From Vicugna vicugna (Eukaryota): a DNA stretch of 64,000 bases. Below are positions 27,361 through 40,440 of this stretch, piece after piece. A program made the position numbers and the translations under genes. Location of the stretch: positions 5,434,344 to 5,498,343 of the forward strand of contig MU058844.1 in the NCBI GenBank assembly GCA_013265495.1. The letters are read 5' to 3'. The notes under the pieces are model-generated. The model was not told the origin of the DNA. It saw nothing but the letters and a program-made list of their open reading frames with translations, and did not search any database. The number at the start of each line of letters is the position of its first letter. Positions within the stretch are counted from its first letter, which is position 1.

Positions 27361-28249
27361 CAAGAGATTTCACAAAATATTTAAAAGAGGACTTTTTATT
27401 CTTGAGCTGACGCATTTAAGGATATTGTTTAGCATTGTATTTGTATGACCCATATATTCCTTTAGAGTACATATATGGCACCTGTGGTTTGACTGTGTTC
27501 CTCTTAACATTGCCAGCATTTCCATCTTCTTCAAATGAGGACTATATACCCTCCTGAACAAATGTGGTTATTAATTTCCTGCATGAGATTTCAAGAGCTC
27601 TCTAGAATCCTTTCCATCAACTTCTTGGAAGGTAATATACCTCTTCAGGAACTACAGTTTTCACTCTATCCTTAACCACCTTTACAAAACCTTTTAAATC
27701 AACCACAAATTGTAGAGTGAGTTTCTTATTATATCTCTTGGTATTGTAGAAAAAAAATTTTGCCATGCCTTGTTAGTAAATTCTAAAGCTTTTTTGTGTT
27801 AAAATGTTTCCAAAAATTTTTAGTAAATCTTCTTGTTTGACATCTGCATCCTGGACCATGTTTTGCAGAGATAGTTGAGAATAAATATTTTGATGACTGT
27901 GATAACCTCATGGATAATAAACTTATGGTCCATGGGTTACAAATGCAATCATATTTGGATGGAAGAAAATCACATGGATGGTAGGGCTGCATTCTAATTC
28001 CTGGCTGAATATAAGAGGTAAAAATATTTAGGGTTTTGTTTGCAAGATTTTTTATTAAGGGTCAGAAATAAGAATATACATAATTGTCAAAGATTCTCCT
28101 TTGTCAAGTAGTGTCTGAGAATATCCAGGCAATTTGTAATTTTCCTTTCATCATTTTTTTGAGTAAATATATTTTTCTGAATACATGATAGACTAGTTAG
28201 GTTTAACATTATTAGCACAAGTACCTGGATAAGTAGATTGAGCTAGATG

Positions 28250-29330
28250 ACTTCATAAGCATATACTTTCTTCTCCTGAAAGATAAGCCTCCCTGAGAAT
28301 ACTGCTTCCAAAACAATCTGGTCTCATCTACAACAAAATTGTATTTAACAGTATCGCCACCCTTGATTATTCTTCATAGTTAGAACAAAAAATAGTAATT
28401 TCTTCACAGAAAGTTAGTATCATTTCCACTATTATTTTGATGATATGAGCTGTCTTAGTTTAATCAGGCTGCTATAACACAGTACCATAGTCTGAGTGGC
28501 TTAAACGACAGACATTTATTTCTCATAGTTCTGGAAACTGAGAAGTCCAAGATCAAGATGCCAGCAGATTTGGTTTTTGGTGATGGCTTGCATTCTGACT
28601 TGCAGACCGCCTGCATCTTGCTGTATGTTCACATGACCCCCAGAGACAGAGCTCTGATGTCTTATCCTCTTCCTGTAAGGACACTAATCCCATCGTGAAG
28701 GTACCACTGTCACGTCCTCATCTAAAACTGACTACCTCCCAAAGTCTCCACCTCCAAACACTGTCACATTGGGTCTTAAGGTTTCAATGTATGAAATTTG
28801 GGCAGAAACAAACAGTCCATCCATAACATGAACATAGCTTGAATCTTGATTCTATTGAATTTCTCTGGCTTGTTTGAAAAGACAACTTATTTGCCAACTC
28901 ATTTTCCTCTGCCACTGTCTTCCTCTTGAACTTCTCTGACATTGTTATTGTCATCTGAATCAACAATAGTAAAGAATCTGAGTCCTTGAGCAACCTGTCT
29001 CTCAGTCGATTTTGCCAATTATTTTGTATTCTTTCCCAAAGGAGAATGCTGTATTCTTGTCACTTCATACATGTGACTGCTAATTCATAGATTTTGTTTT
29101 ATTATTTTTTATTATTTTATTATGGTACACTCCCTGATAATGTGTTCTTCAGGATGCATGCAATTTCTTTAGCGTGCTCTCCTTTGTCAAAACATCGTAG
29201 CTTTATTTCATTGAAAGAAAGCTTTCTCACTTGCTTTGTTTTCCTTTCCACACTTTTCCTCATAACATCGTCAACTGTTCTATGATTCATTGTATAAAAG
29301 TAGACAAAAACAGAAGCCAAAAATAGAAGG
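28250..29330 (-). mobile_element. Tigger/pogo (Tc1-mariner) transposase fossil, split by MLT1A
   Basis: Minus strand in expected order: psq-HTH-like KLRCFDKGEHAKEIAC, CENP-B-HTH-like LSFQTSQRNSIESRFK, DDE start NFVVDETRLFWKQ (28340-28302; pogo consensus FNxDETGLFWK). Confidence 0.75.
28451..28828 (-). mobile_element. MLT1A/MLT1A0 solo LTR
   Basis: TG...CA ends (tgtcttagttt...ccataaca); 5-bp TSD tgagc/tgaac. Confidence 0.9.
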
Positions 29331-30479
29331 CACTGTGGAAAAGTGTTTGAGACAAGTGAAGAAAGGCCAGGGCACTCTCATACCAAGTGTAACATTGTGA
29401 TGCCTTTCTTATTTCCATCACCTTCAGAACACTTAAAGCACATTTCAAATGGTCTCCACATAATTCTGAAATTCTCCAGTTGTACTGAGAATATAAGTCA
29501 CACTAGTTTTCTTTTTCCACAAATTGTTTTATTTAAAACATTCCATTGAATTTAGGGGGAATAAATTATTTTCCCATATAAAATTTAGTCAAGAGTTTTG
29601 AGAGAAATGTATGGTCTGTTAAATACAAGTATATTTTGATAGATTAAAAGGTTAAATCCTATTAATTCTTTTCATTTTTCCTGTGATATTGGATCTTTTT
29701 ATAAAAACCCTTTACCTGATACATCTCTTTTAGGTCTCTTTCCATTATTGACTTGACCATAGGACATGGTAATTAAGTTCCCATATTTGTCTTCCTCATT
29801 ATTTATTAACTAATTGAAGGCAGGGACTATGCTATTTTTCATTGTATTCTCAGTTTTTCTCATAGCAGATCATGGAAGATATAGTAATCTCAAACTGTCT
29901 CCTGAACTGAATATAGAATACACAGTAAAGTATTGATAGTTTAAGGACGTAGAAGAGCTACCATGACTCAGTCTACTTAAGTAAGCTTTTACATCAGGCA
30001 GAATTCAAAGATTCAGAAAGAGTATCCAAGGAGGAGTTAGAATGATGGATAACCCCTCTTACTTAAGTACACTTTCAAAAGCTAGCCCTATCTCTAATTT
30101 CACCCTTATGGGGTTTTTCCCCCCTAAATGTATCATTTGCATAATAGAGGATACAGATATTAGTAATTTTCATTTAGCATAACTCAAGGTACCACCATTT
30201 ACTTTATTTTCTGTGCATATGAGATAAAGTTGCGCAAAGGAGAAGCCCTGTGTGGTTAAGAATAATATCTCACACTAGTGTAAATTTCATTACTGACGTG
30301 ACAAAGACACAAACACCAAAGAGGAAGAAATGTTCGTCATGTTTTTTGTAAACATGTCACATATACTTGAAAAGGAATTTTGAATGATGAGAAAGAATTC
30401 TAACATTTAATAATATTTTAATACTTATTTTTATTACCATTGCCTAATATCTATTGGGCTGAGGATTAGTTCAAAAAAG

Positions 30480-30770
30480 TAATGATGAAGGTGGTTAAAA
30501 AATACCAGCTGCTGAGCAGTGGGCAGGAACACAAATACGTGGGGCACAGAGCAGTGAAAATATACTATGTAGGTTATTATAATGATAAACATGTCGCTAT
30601 ACACTTGTCCAGGCTCATAGAATGTTCAACAGCAAGGGTGAACTCCAAAGTATGGACTTTGGTTGTCAGTGTAGGTTCATCCTCAATGAAAAATGTACCA
30701 TTTGGAAAAGGGATGTTGACAATGAGGGAGACTATGCATGTGTCCGGGCAGGAAGTATGACTTTTTATTT
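30480..30770 (+). mobile_element. L1MC-like 3' end fragment
   Basis: gcacagagcagtgaaaatatact...tgtccaggctcatagaatgttcaacagcaagggtgaac...gatgttgacaatgagggagactatgcatgtg. Confidence 0.75.
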
Positions 30771-31801
30771 GCTTTAAAAAAAAAAGTCCTTAAAACAACA
30801 ACAACAAAACATAACTAGTAGAAGAAAATGTAAGAGAATATTTTATAATCTTGTGGTGCAGAAGATCTTTCTAACCAAGTAGGTCAAGAGCTATAAATGG
30901 AAAGAATAACAGAATTGACTATATAAAAATGGTGAACTTCTGCAATGGCAAAAATCCATCCTAGCAAACAAGCAAAATTTGAAAGAAAAAAAAAATGTTA
31001 AGTATTATTGTACATACAAAATGTTTACATAGTTTAAAGTGCATTCTAAAAAATAAAAAATAATCATAAATATTGATAATAAAATAGACCGCTGTGTATC
31101 CATAATTCAGTTTGTGGAATAGAAGTCCTAAGACTTTTTTAAGTTCCCTGTATATTCCACCCCAACCTTATCTATTTTTCTCCCCTACAGAGATAACTAT
31201 TATGTTGAATTTCTTTATTTTTATTATAGTGTTAGGAAAATAAATTTTCCCTTAAATTTTTTAATTTGTTTAAAACTATTAATACATAAAGATCATTTCT
31301 CTGTAAAAAAAAAATCTCATTTTTCAGAAAGCCTTATATACATTAAGAGTAATAGGAATTTTCATTTCAGTGCTTGATACCTTTTTTAAGCACCAAACGG
31401 TATGTATTCTAAGGAAAAGGGAAATAAATGCATGAGAATTTCCCTTTCCCTCAAATATTACTTACACTTTGTAAATTAGCTATCCAAACAGACTCAGCAT
31501 CATTTTAGTTATAATGCATCAAAAGCTTTCCAAAATATGTATGACAACTCTCATTATCCAGGAAAGGTGTTAAAAATATTCGGTGTTTTTACTATTGAAA
31601 CATGTTATGAATCCTTTAAATATCAGAATGCTAAAAGGTAGATTTTCAAATTAAGCAATATGCAAAATCTAATATGTGTACACCCTGCCATTTTATGTAG
31701 AGGAAGCCGGAAACCATATGTCAGAGTGACCTCCAAGTGGGCAGAGATTAGATGCCAAAAGATTTGCTTTATCTAAGGCAATGTGGTATTTTTCTTTTCA
31801 G

Positions 31802-32082
31802 CAATCCTGGTAGTTGTTTGTTTTTATCATGAAACACTGAATTCCAATGAGGACAGTGACTGCTAAAAATGCATCTTTTTTGATGTGGGCATTCAGTGGT
31901 AACATGCACGGCTGTGTTTTCTGAGTGAATTAACAGGGACTGCAGCCATGAAAATCTCAATCACTGGGGACGAGCTGCTTGTGCCTGCTCTAGTTCATGA
32001 GGAGCCACAAAAGCCAAATGAGGTCCCAAATGTCTGGTACTCTACATAGTTCATTGCTAATTACAAAGGAGTGACAAAAAAG
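31802..32082 (+). pseudogene. Fossil exon L
   Basis: tatttttcttttcag acceptor, AAG|gtatga donor; GC-richer than flanks; two frames look protein-like, so frame is uncertain. Confidence 0.55.
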
Positions 32083-32361
32083 GTATGAGAATATATATTT
32101 TTGATATTTTACAGATTTGTATACCATACGGCATTTAAGATGATATGAAAGCAAAATAATGCCTTAAAAAATGGAAGTATATTTTCTCTATGCCTACATT
32201 GTACTAATTCCAATGGTGCAGAAATGCAGGATATTGGAGACATAGTAATATTCAGAGTTCGTATTTCACTGATGTCTACATTTAGTATAAATAGTTGCTT
32301 GTGTTTGCCACATATGCACTTCTCTTAGCCCATATCTGTAACCTAAGAGGATTCTATTTAG

Positions 32362-32745
32362 CCAACCAAAGTGAAAAGATGACTTGATTGAGGATGACAA
32401 TGATTCTCCATGTTATGACAGCACCTGCTGGGAATAGACTGTTCCTGAGTTTGCTCAAGAAGAAGTTTCTTCAAGCAGCCAGAACTTTCAGAAGAAACTA
32501 TCTTCCTGGATGGATAGTCTTAATGCAGGATCTGTATTACATTCAGGATAACAATTGTTAAATATGAATGACTTGTTGATGAGATAGTTCAAATTAAAAA
32601 ATTGAGTCAGCTCTGCAAATGGACTTTTCAGAAAAATCCAAAGACTGGAAATGTTTTCAATTGATTCAAAATAATTTTGAAGATTATCATTAATATCAGC
32701 AATCTTATGGACAGGATACTCTATTCAGCAAATGCCAGTGATCAT
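32362..32745 (+). pseudogene. Fossil exon M
   Basis: 57 open codons LRMTMILHVMTAPAGNRLFLSLLKKKFLQAARTFRRNYLPGWIVLMQDLYYIQDNNC, then a shift to LVDEIVQIKKLSQLCKWTFQKNPKTGNVFN*FKIILKIIINISNLMDRILYSANASDH|gt. Confidence 0.6.
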
Positions 32746-33699
32746 GTATACTTATCAAAATTAAATACTTATTAAATGGGTGAAAAAATATCGATCATAA
32801 TTTTATAGATGAAGGGAAATTGGGGTTTTAGTAGCACTGAACTCCCATCCCTAAAACTGACCAAGATGCATGTCTGGAAAAAAATGAGAAACCAGCTATA
32901 TAAGTATTCAGCATTCTTACCAACCATGTTTAATCCAGAAATTTCTAACCTCATAGAACAGTAGAATACCATATTAAAAATTCAGCTAAATGGTCAGTTA
33001 AAAGCAAACCTCATCTTGTGAGGATTGGCAAGTATTTTTCAGAATTCAGAATATTCACTGAAACAGTATCCATTAATCAAAATAAATGAACTGGAATCCA
33101 TGTAGTTATGTTTCTTGGCATCACACTTAATAGTCCATAAACTTTTACTTCTCAGACTTATACTATACCCTTATCTAGTGGTCTTAGAAAGGAATCCCCC
33201 AAAGAGAAATACTTCTATCCCAGTCGGCTAACATAAGAGCTGAAAGCAAAGAAATTGAGAAAAGTGATATATGCTCCCTAGGTATGTGTGACACTTGCAA
33301 ATATAAAGACCAAAATATTTCCTGTTTGTTGACTGGGATAATTTTCCCATTTTTAAAATTTTGAATAAAAGACTGTATTTTTAGGTATTTCTTTTATTCT
33401 TTTTTATTATATCATATAGGGAAGTTGTTAAATTTTCATTTTTTTCCTGAAGTTTTTGATATTGAGATGGAATTTGAGGACAACTGGCTCTACTGGACAG
33501 TGTAAAAAATCCATTGCATCATCTCTGACTAGAGTAGCTTAATGTTGACTTCCAGTTACCTCCTTTGGGGAAGAAGAGTGCCTATGTAGTATGATTGGAT
33601 TGAATTAGGCAGGTAGATTTTGAATAAAGGTGAATAATGTGTGTGTGTGTGTGCACACGCATAAGTGAACAACACCCATATGGTAGAATGTAGAAGATG

Positions 33700-34125
33700 T
33701 CAATTGGGTGGAACTTCTGGCATGTAGAGATTCCTCATGTCCTGGAAAGAACCCCATTTCGAAGACTTTAGGCCCTGTTAGGAGTCTTACATCTCCAGCC
33801 CTAGCTGAATGTTCCAGGGTGGAGCTAGGTCATCAGATTATCTCCTGAGAATTTTAAACTTTGAATAGAGAGATCTGGAAACTAGAAATGATTAGAATTG
33901 AGCTTTGGTAAAGGCAGCAACACTGAAAGGAGGTTTCCCATCTCAAGCTCTTACGGCTCCTTCAGCTGTCTTCATCTCTGCTAATCCATCCAGCTGGAGT
34001 GTATTTTCTTGGGTGTTCCTGGGATTCTGTGAATAGCCCGACTATCTTTCCAATAAAGGCCCTTTTTCATTAAGTTAGGCAGAGTCAGTTTCTGTTGTTT
34101 ACAACTACTGCAATCTTAATTAAAT
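33700..34125 (+). mobile_element. Old ERVL solo LTR (LTR16/LTR33-like)
   Basis: 3' end ttccaataaaggccctttttcattaagttaggcagagtcagtttctgttgtttacaac. Confidence 0.6.
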
Positions 34126-34391
34126 CAGCTCATTACGAGTAGTAAAATAATACCGAAGAACCATTTCTCTTGATCAAGAACTTGGAGAGTTTTTTTCTGG
34201 TACTGAAAACTTCATTTGCTGCCCACAAAAGGAAGTAGGAGGCTTGTTAGGGAAACCTAAGATCAGAGGTCCAGGAAACATGAAAAAATATTTCCAATAG
34301 AATTGGAATAACTTGGGAGGATTGGAAGGTGTCCTTGAAAAAATTTTAAAACAAAATATTTACTGCGATGTTAATTATTTTATTATGTCAG

Positions 34392-34575
34392 ACTTATGAT
34401 TTCTTCAAGCCAGGTAACTATCCCTAGATGTAAAACTGATCATTTTGTAAGGATGACATTGGGCTCTTTGATATAATGTCCAGTGTTCAGAAGCACGCCT
34501 CAGAATATGCAAACCATGCTCTTTGTGTGTATAATCTATCACTTCAGGAAGACAATTTTCAGTTTTAAAACAGAG
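34392..34575 (+). pseudogene. Fossil exon N
   Basis: TYDFFKPGNYP*M*N*SFCKDDIGLFDIMSSVQKHASEYANHALCVYNLSLQEDNFQF; phase-0 entry fits exon M; donor degraded (AG|gc). Confidence 0.5.
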
Positions 34576-34619
34576 GCAACACCTTATGTTAAAAATATTT
34601 CCTGCGAGGGGCCCTAATA

Positions 34620-34850
34620 TTTACTAGTTAAGAGTACAAGGGTCAGAGATGGGCAACTGGAAATAAGAGCCCAGGACCACAGCTTTACAAGATGTGTGAC
34701 TTGTACAAGTTACCTCATTTCTCTCCCTTAGTATTCTCATCTGCAAAATGTCTATAGTAACAGTTAACTTTGGGGAGAAACACATTTATGAATATTTAAA
34801 TAAATAAAGTATGATCTTGTCATGAGGTGCTTTATCATTATTAGCTATTA
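34620..34850 (+). mobile_element. MIR SINE
   Basis: gatgtgtgacttgtacaagttacctcatttctctccc...ctcatctgcaaaatg. Confidence 0.7.
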
Positions 34851-34859
34851 GTCTTTCTT

Positions 34860-34992
34860 TTGACCTCTTTATATTGTTTATCTCTAGGATGACAATTTCA
34901 GTTTGTGCCAATTGTCCTGCAGTAATATTGAAAGTCACTTCTATCACTCTCAAAAGTATGCCTGTTTGGATGATAAATTATATATTGCCTTT
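34860..34992 (-). mobile_element. MER94-like hAT MITE
   Basis: tcactctcaaaagtatgcctgtttggatgataaattatat resembles the MER94 reverse complement. Confidence 0.65.
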
Positions 34993-35009
34993 GCTGTCTC
35001 AATTTAAGT

Positions 35010-35890
35010 CCTCTTCATGCCATGAATCTGTTTTTACCATCTGCCCCAATCAATAAATGGCATTATCCTCAAATAAAAAGGAATGGTAGTCATTTATTTT
35101 TCCCCTCTCCTTGTTTTGTAACTCCAATCCATCAACATAATCTGTCAGTTTTCCCTTCTGAATTTATCTCTATTTTATCTACTTCTCTCCATTGTATCTC
35201 ACCTCACCCACAACCCCAGCCCAGGCCAGATCAGTATCTAAACTCTCAAATACCCACAAAAGCCTCCTTGTTGATTTCCCTGCTAACATTCTTTCACAGC
35301 TCAAACAGGTTCTCTTCAAAATGACTTTTTATAATGTAAATGAGATCATGCTGCTGCCCTTTTAAAAACCATTAACTGGCCTCCATTAAATTGAAAACAC
35401 AATCTAAACTTATGTTGATTTACCTGCTACCCTCCAACCTACGCCCCCAGGCTTCACAACCTGGGCCCCTCTCGCCCTGTGATATTCCAGCCTCGCTCAC
35501 AGGCTTTGAGTTGTTCAGCACTGACCAGGAGATAGCCCACCACAAAGCACTTGTCACTACCGTCTCTCTTGGTCAGAAATGTTCTTGCGTGTCCTTCTCT
35601 GTCTCCTTCTCATCCTTCATATCTTAGCTTAGATTTCACCTCTAGCAGGTAGCATTCCTTGATCATCCTTCCTAAAGTAAGTTCCGCTCACCCCAGCTGT
35701 GCTTCTCTCTTAGAAACCTGTTGGCCGCTTTCTTTTAACTTATCACATGCAGGATCATTTTTTTTCTGTTTGTTTTATTTTCAATCTCCTGCACTGCTGT
35801 AAGCTCAGAGAGGAAAGAAACACTTATTCACAGAGGGAGCAGAGTCCATTAAATGATGTCCAGTCTTTGATAAGTATTTTTGAAAGAATA
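35010..35890 (+). mobile_element. L2 LINE 3' fragment
   Basis: Pyrimidine-rich L2 text (aaatgagatcatgctgctgcccttttaaaaacc...tgtaagctc...taagtattttttgaaagaata). Confidence 0.7.
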
Positions 35891-36228
35891 TACTTATTAG
35901 ACATTATATAAAACTATACTTTTAAAAATTTCTCTCTAAAGTTACCTCCTAATATTTTTAATTCTGTTTTTCTAATACAGTTTAACAATATACTATAATG
36001 GAAAGAGCCACTTTCTAGCTCTATGAACTTAAAAAGTAATTTAACTTCTCTTTGCCCCAATTTCCTCAGTTTTAAAATGAGAAAGTGTCTATCCCATCTA
36101 CCCTGCCTTGAGCTCAATGTGACACTAAGCTATAAACTCTAAAACACAATAGTAAGTCCTCACTGTTTGGCAAATAGCAACAATTAGCAACCATACTTAT
36201 TTCTCACTTAGACTTATTAATTTTTCAG

Positions 36229-36353
36229 GCTAAAACAAGCTAAGTACAGCATTCATAATGGTATAAAATATTTCAAAACTTTGATCGCATTTGGATTGGA
36301 TTATCATACATTTGTAGATATTCTTATTTCTGCAAATGAGTTTTCCATCAAAG
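36229..36353 (+). pseudogene. Fossil exon O (stop-free)
   Basis: ttattaatttttcag acceptor; LKQAKYSIHNGIKYFKTLIAFGLDYHTFVDILISANEFSIK; AAG|gtctag; phase 1 out fits exon P. Confidence 0.6.
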
Positions 36354-37306
36354 GTCTAGAACTTAAATTATAATGCTCACAGATAGCATAATGGAAATCA
36401 TGGTAAAAATTGGGCATTTTTGAGTGCAAGTAATATACCAGGCACTATGTGAATAAATTTACATACTTACTTCCTTTAATTTAATCAACTACCTGGGAAA
36501 TACATGCATTTATTATTCAGACCTTACAGATGAGAAAATAAGCTTATAAGACCTATGGGTTTTGCCCTAAGTTTCCAAGGCTAGTAAGTATAAGGAATGA
36601 ATTTCAAAACTAGATATATTGACAAAAATAGAGAGATAATACTCTCTCCTTACTACTTTTAGCAGTTTATATGCAGTGAAGAAAGAAAGATATATTTATA
36701 CTATTTTTATGTATTATATATTCCTCAAAGGAAACATACATATTTTCTCCTTCATTCATAGATTTTTTTCAGTTATCAGCAAGTATTTATTTACTTACTT
36801 CAGAGTGTCAAGTGTTCCCTGGCTAAACAAAATGCTATACAAAAGATACATAATTTATCTAATTGTGTGAATGTATTTGAACATCACTACAAAAAGCGAA
36901 AGAGGTGATCAGGAGACCCACAGGGAATTTAAGCTTATCCACCACATACCATGGAGGCACTGAAGTAAACAAGGCACTAAACAAGAGTTTTAGTCTTATT
37001 AGTAACAGGATTAAATTTGTATTTTGAAAAAATCACTATGCTAATGCTATGTAAATTGGTCTTGAGAGAGTTAAAGAAAATGAGTTTCTTTGATAAGCTT
37101 ATATGGTAATCATGGCAACACATGAAAATAATTACAATACAACCTGTTTAGATTTTGTGCTTAAAAGGAATGTTGGACAATTTTACTTGCACAATTAAAA
37201 AGAGGAGTAGCTATTTTTTTTAAGTCTTAAATGTAGATCTTCTTAATATTAAAAAGAACCACAATTCATGGCTAATTTATAACAATTATACTTTGTATTT
37301 ATACAT

Positions 37307-37640
37307 TGTTGACCTGAAATAAAGAGATTGCCAGAGATTTTTCCAGTGATGATGGGTTTATTCTGGATTAGCAAAGAATTGCATATCAGGGCTGAGCCAT
37401 GGTGAGCCATGAGCAAATATTCACACAGCAAGGGAAGGAGAACATTTTTATAGAGAGAAAAAGAAGTTGGGAGGGCTATAGTAAACACACTGTCCATGAC
37501 TCTTCATTGACTAATTCCTTCCAGGAAAAGCATCTTTCTTCTTGCTTGTTGCACTCTGCTGTCAGGGCAAGGTGTGAGAGCTCCCATTCTGGTTTCCCAA
37601 CTCTACTCATTTGAGGTTTCTTTTCATTAATTTTTTTATA
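37307..37640 (-). mobile_element. ERV1-type solo LTR
   Basis: TG start; reverse-strand AATAAA (tttatt near 37357) and TATA; 4-bp TSD-like acat/atat. Confidence 0.6.
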
Positions 37641-38059
37641 ATATATATACTTACACACAAATGTACATATATAAAAAGTATTAAATATTTTCCCAGTGAA
37701 ATGAGTAAATGTACCTTGGATTCATTTTATGATCTTTAAAAAATTATCTATAAATTATACGTTGCTAATCACAATCGAAAAACATATAGGAGACTTATAA
37801 TAATTTGCATAAAAATAAGTAAAAAAATTAAGGCAAATAATTATCCACAATCGTGTACAAATAGGTAATTATCATAATGACTTACAGAATGATCATAGTT
37901 ATTTGAACTTTATATCAGATAACTGCATGTAGAAATTTTCTTTAAAATATTAAGTTCATTCAAACTTTATAACCATTTAAATTCAATATGCTTTTAAAAT
38001 GCATAATGCAGAACATCTGGATAGTGAAAGAAATCGTTCTTTTATGGTTCATGCATCTG

Positions 38060-40290
38060 AAAGAATTTTTATTCTTTTGAGTTTATTGTAAGTGATACTG
38101 CTTTCTTAATTTATCTTTCAGAGAGTTCATTGTAGTCTATAGAAAAGCAACTGATTTTTTGTATGTTGATTTTGTATCCTGTAACTGTACTGAATTTGTT
38201 TATTAGTTCTAATAATAATGGAGTCTTTTCGGTTTTTTTCATGGAGTCTTTAGGGTTTTCTATGTATCAGATCAAGTCATCTGCAAATACATAATTTAAC
38301 TTCTTTTCCAATTTAAATGACTTTTATTTCTTTCCTTGCTTAATTGATCTGATAAGGAATGCCAGGACTATGTGAATAGCAGTGGCTACAGTGGGCATCC
38401 TTGTCTTCCTGATGTCGGAATCATCACGGAGTATGATAGCTGTGAGCTTGTGATATATTATATTTATGATGTAGAGATATATTTCTTCTATACGTAATTT
38501 GTTGAGAGTTTTTATCATAAAATGATGTTGAATTTTGTCAGATGTCTTTATCTATTGCAGTGACCATATGATTTTTATTGTTTATTCTGTTAATGTGGTA
38601 CATCACATTAATTGATTTGGTTGTGTTGAATCATCTTTGTATCCCATGGATAAATTCTACTTGGTCATAATGAGTGATCCTTTTAATACGCTGTTGAATT
38701 TGGTTTGCTGGTTTTCTGTTGAGGATTTTTGCATCTATGTTCATCAGTGATATTGGCCTGCATTTTTCTTTTCTTGTATTATCTTATTATTATTTTTTTT
38801 TTGTAGTTTCTTACCTGGTTTTGTTTTTAGGGTAATTCTGATCTCCTAAAATGAGTTTGGAAGTGTTCTTTCCTCTTCAATATTTTGGTAGACTTTGGCA
38901 TATAATTGTTCACAGTAGTCTCATAAGCCATTTAATGTCTGTGGCATCAGTTGTAGTGTTACTTTTATTTCTGATTCTATTTATTTGAATCTGCTTTATT
39001 TTTTTCTTAGTTAATCAAGGTAATGGTTTGTTGATTTTGTTTATCTTTTCAAAAAATCTCGCTTAGTTTTGTTGTTCTTTTCTATATTTTCTATTTATTT
39101 CATTTATTTCTGTTCTGATTTTTTTATTTCCTTCCTTCTGCTAAGTTTGGGCTTAGTTTCTTCTTCTGTTTCTAGTTCCTTGAGGTGTAAAATTAGGCAG
39201 CTTACTGAGATCTTTGTTTTTCCTTAATGTAAATTTTTATTACTATAAATTGCCTCTTAGAACCAACTTTGCTACATGTCATAAATTCTGGTATTGTTTC
39301 TTATGAAGGTGCTCCATCACTCACCTAAGTTTATTTTTCTTTAATCCTTTGTCATATGTAAAAATTATTTTCTTCTCTGAATGGATACTTTCAAATATCC
39401 TATCCTCACATTCACAGATTTCCTCCACGGCTTATTCAAGTCTGGTGTAGATTTTCTCTACTGCATTTTTCACTTCCTAAATTGTAATTTTTAAATCTAG
39501 AATTTTTTTTTTTACTGAATTCCGTTTCTGTTGAATCTTGTTTTGTTCACGTGATGTTTTCTTGACTTTGTTAATGTCTCTCTGTGTGCTTTTGTAGCTT
39601 GCTGATCTTCCTTAAAATGATCATTTTAAACTCTTTATCAGGAAATTCATTCATCTCCATTTCTTTGGGGTCAGTAACTGGAAATCTGTTTAATTCCTTT
39701 GGTGGTGTCATGTTTGACTTTTCATTTTCCTTGAAGTCTTGCACTTTTGTTTTTCTTGTTTCAAGTAGTTGCCTCCTCCATTCTTTACTGACTGGCTTCA
39801 GAAAGAGTTACCTTTACCTGTTTCTCCATCCAGCTAAAGGTTTTGAGGATTTCTCAGACTTCTTCTAAGGCTATGCCTGGCTCGCATTCCTATTGAGGTA
39901 GGTGGGGATGGTATTTTTAAGATTGTACGCCCTCTTTCAGTCTCACAAATCCAGGACAGGTGTTATGAGCATCTTATTTGTTTTTTCCTGGGCAGTTCCC
40001 TGAAATTCTCAAGTTTGTGTCTTTTCCCAATCCCAGAGAGTAGGGCTGGCTTTCTGCACTCATTCAGTAGCCGTCTGCAAAGGCTCACTCTCGATGTCCA
40101 CGGGAACACACCCTGGGAATTAGCATAAAGGCGGGGATAAAGTGTGTGGAGTGTTGGGATGCCCCTGGACCAGTAGAGAGGTCCACAGGTGAGGTGTCTC
40201 CAGTGGCTTCTTGGCAGATTCCTTGATGGAATCCATGAATGGGTAGTAGGAAGAACTGTGAAATGATTAGTAGTGTCCCAAAGTATTTTT
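38060..40290 (-). mobile_element. Old L1 (5' UTR, ORF1, partial ORF2) antisense with internal deletions
   Basis: Antisense ORF2 RT text (MIKTLNKLRIEEIYL...), antisense ORF1 39330-39790, GC-richer 5' UTR to about 40290. Confidence 0.8.
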
Positions 40291-40440
40291 TTTAATTCAG
40301 TCAATTGAATCTGAGATGTATTTAGAAAGAAGGTAATTTTTATTCCCTGATAATATTATCACTATTATAGATGATAATTTAGATTGTGCCTCACAATATA
40401 AAAATTCAAAATAGAATAAAAAGACAATGCTCTTTTCCAG

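Noticed and set aside
31948..32050. gcagccATG with GDELLV, resembling a PR/SET-domain motif
   Set aside because: No other SET motifs, short frame, and the exon frame is ambiguous.
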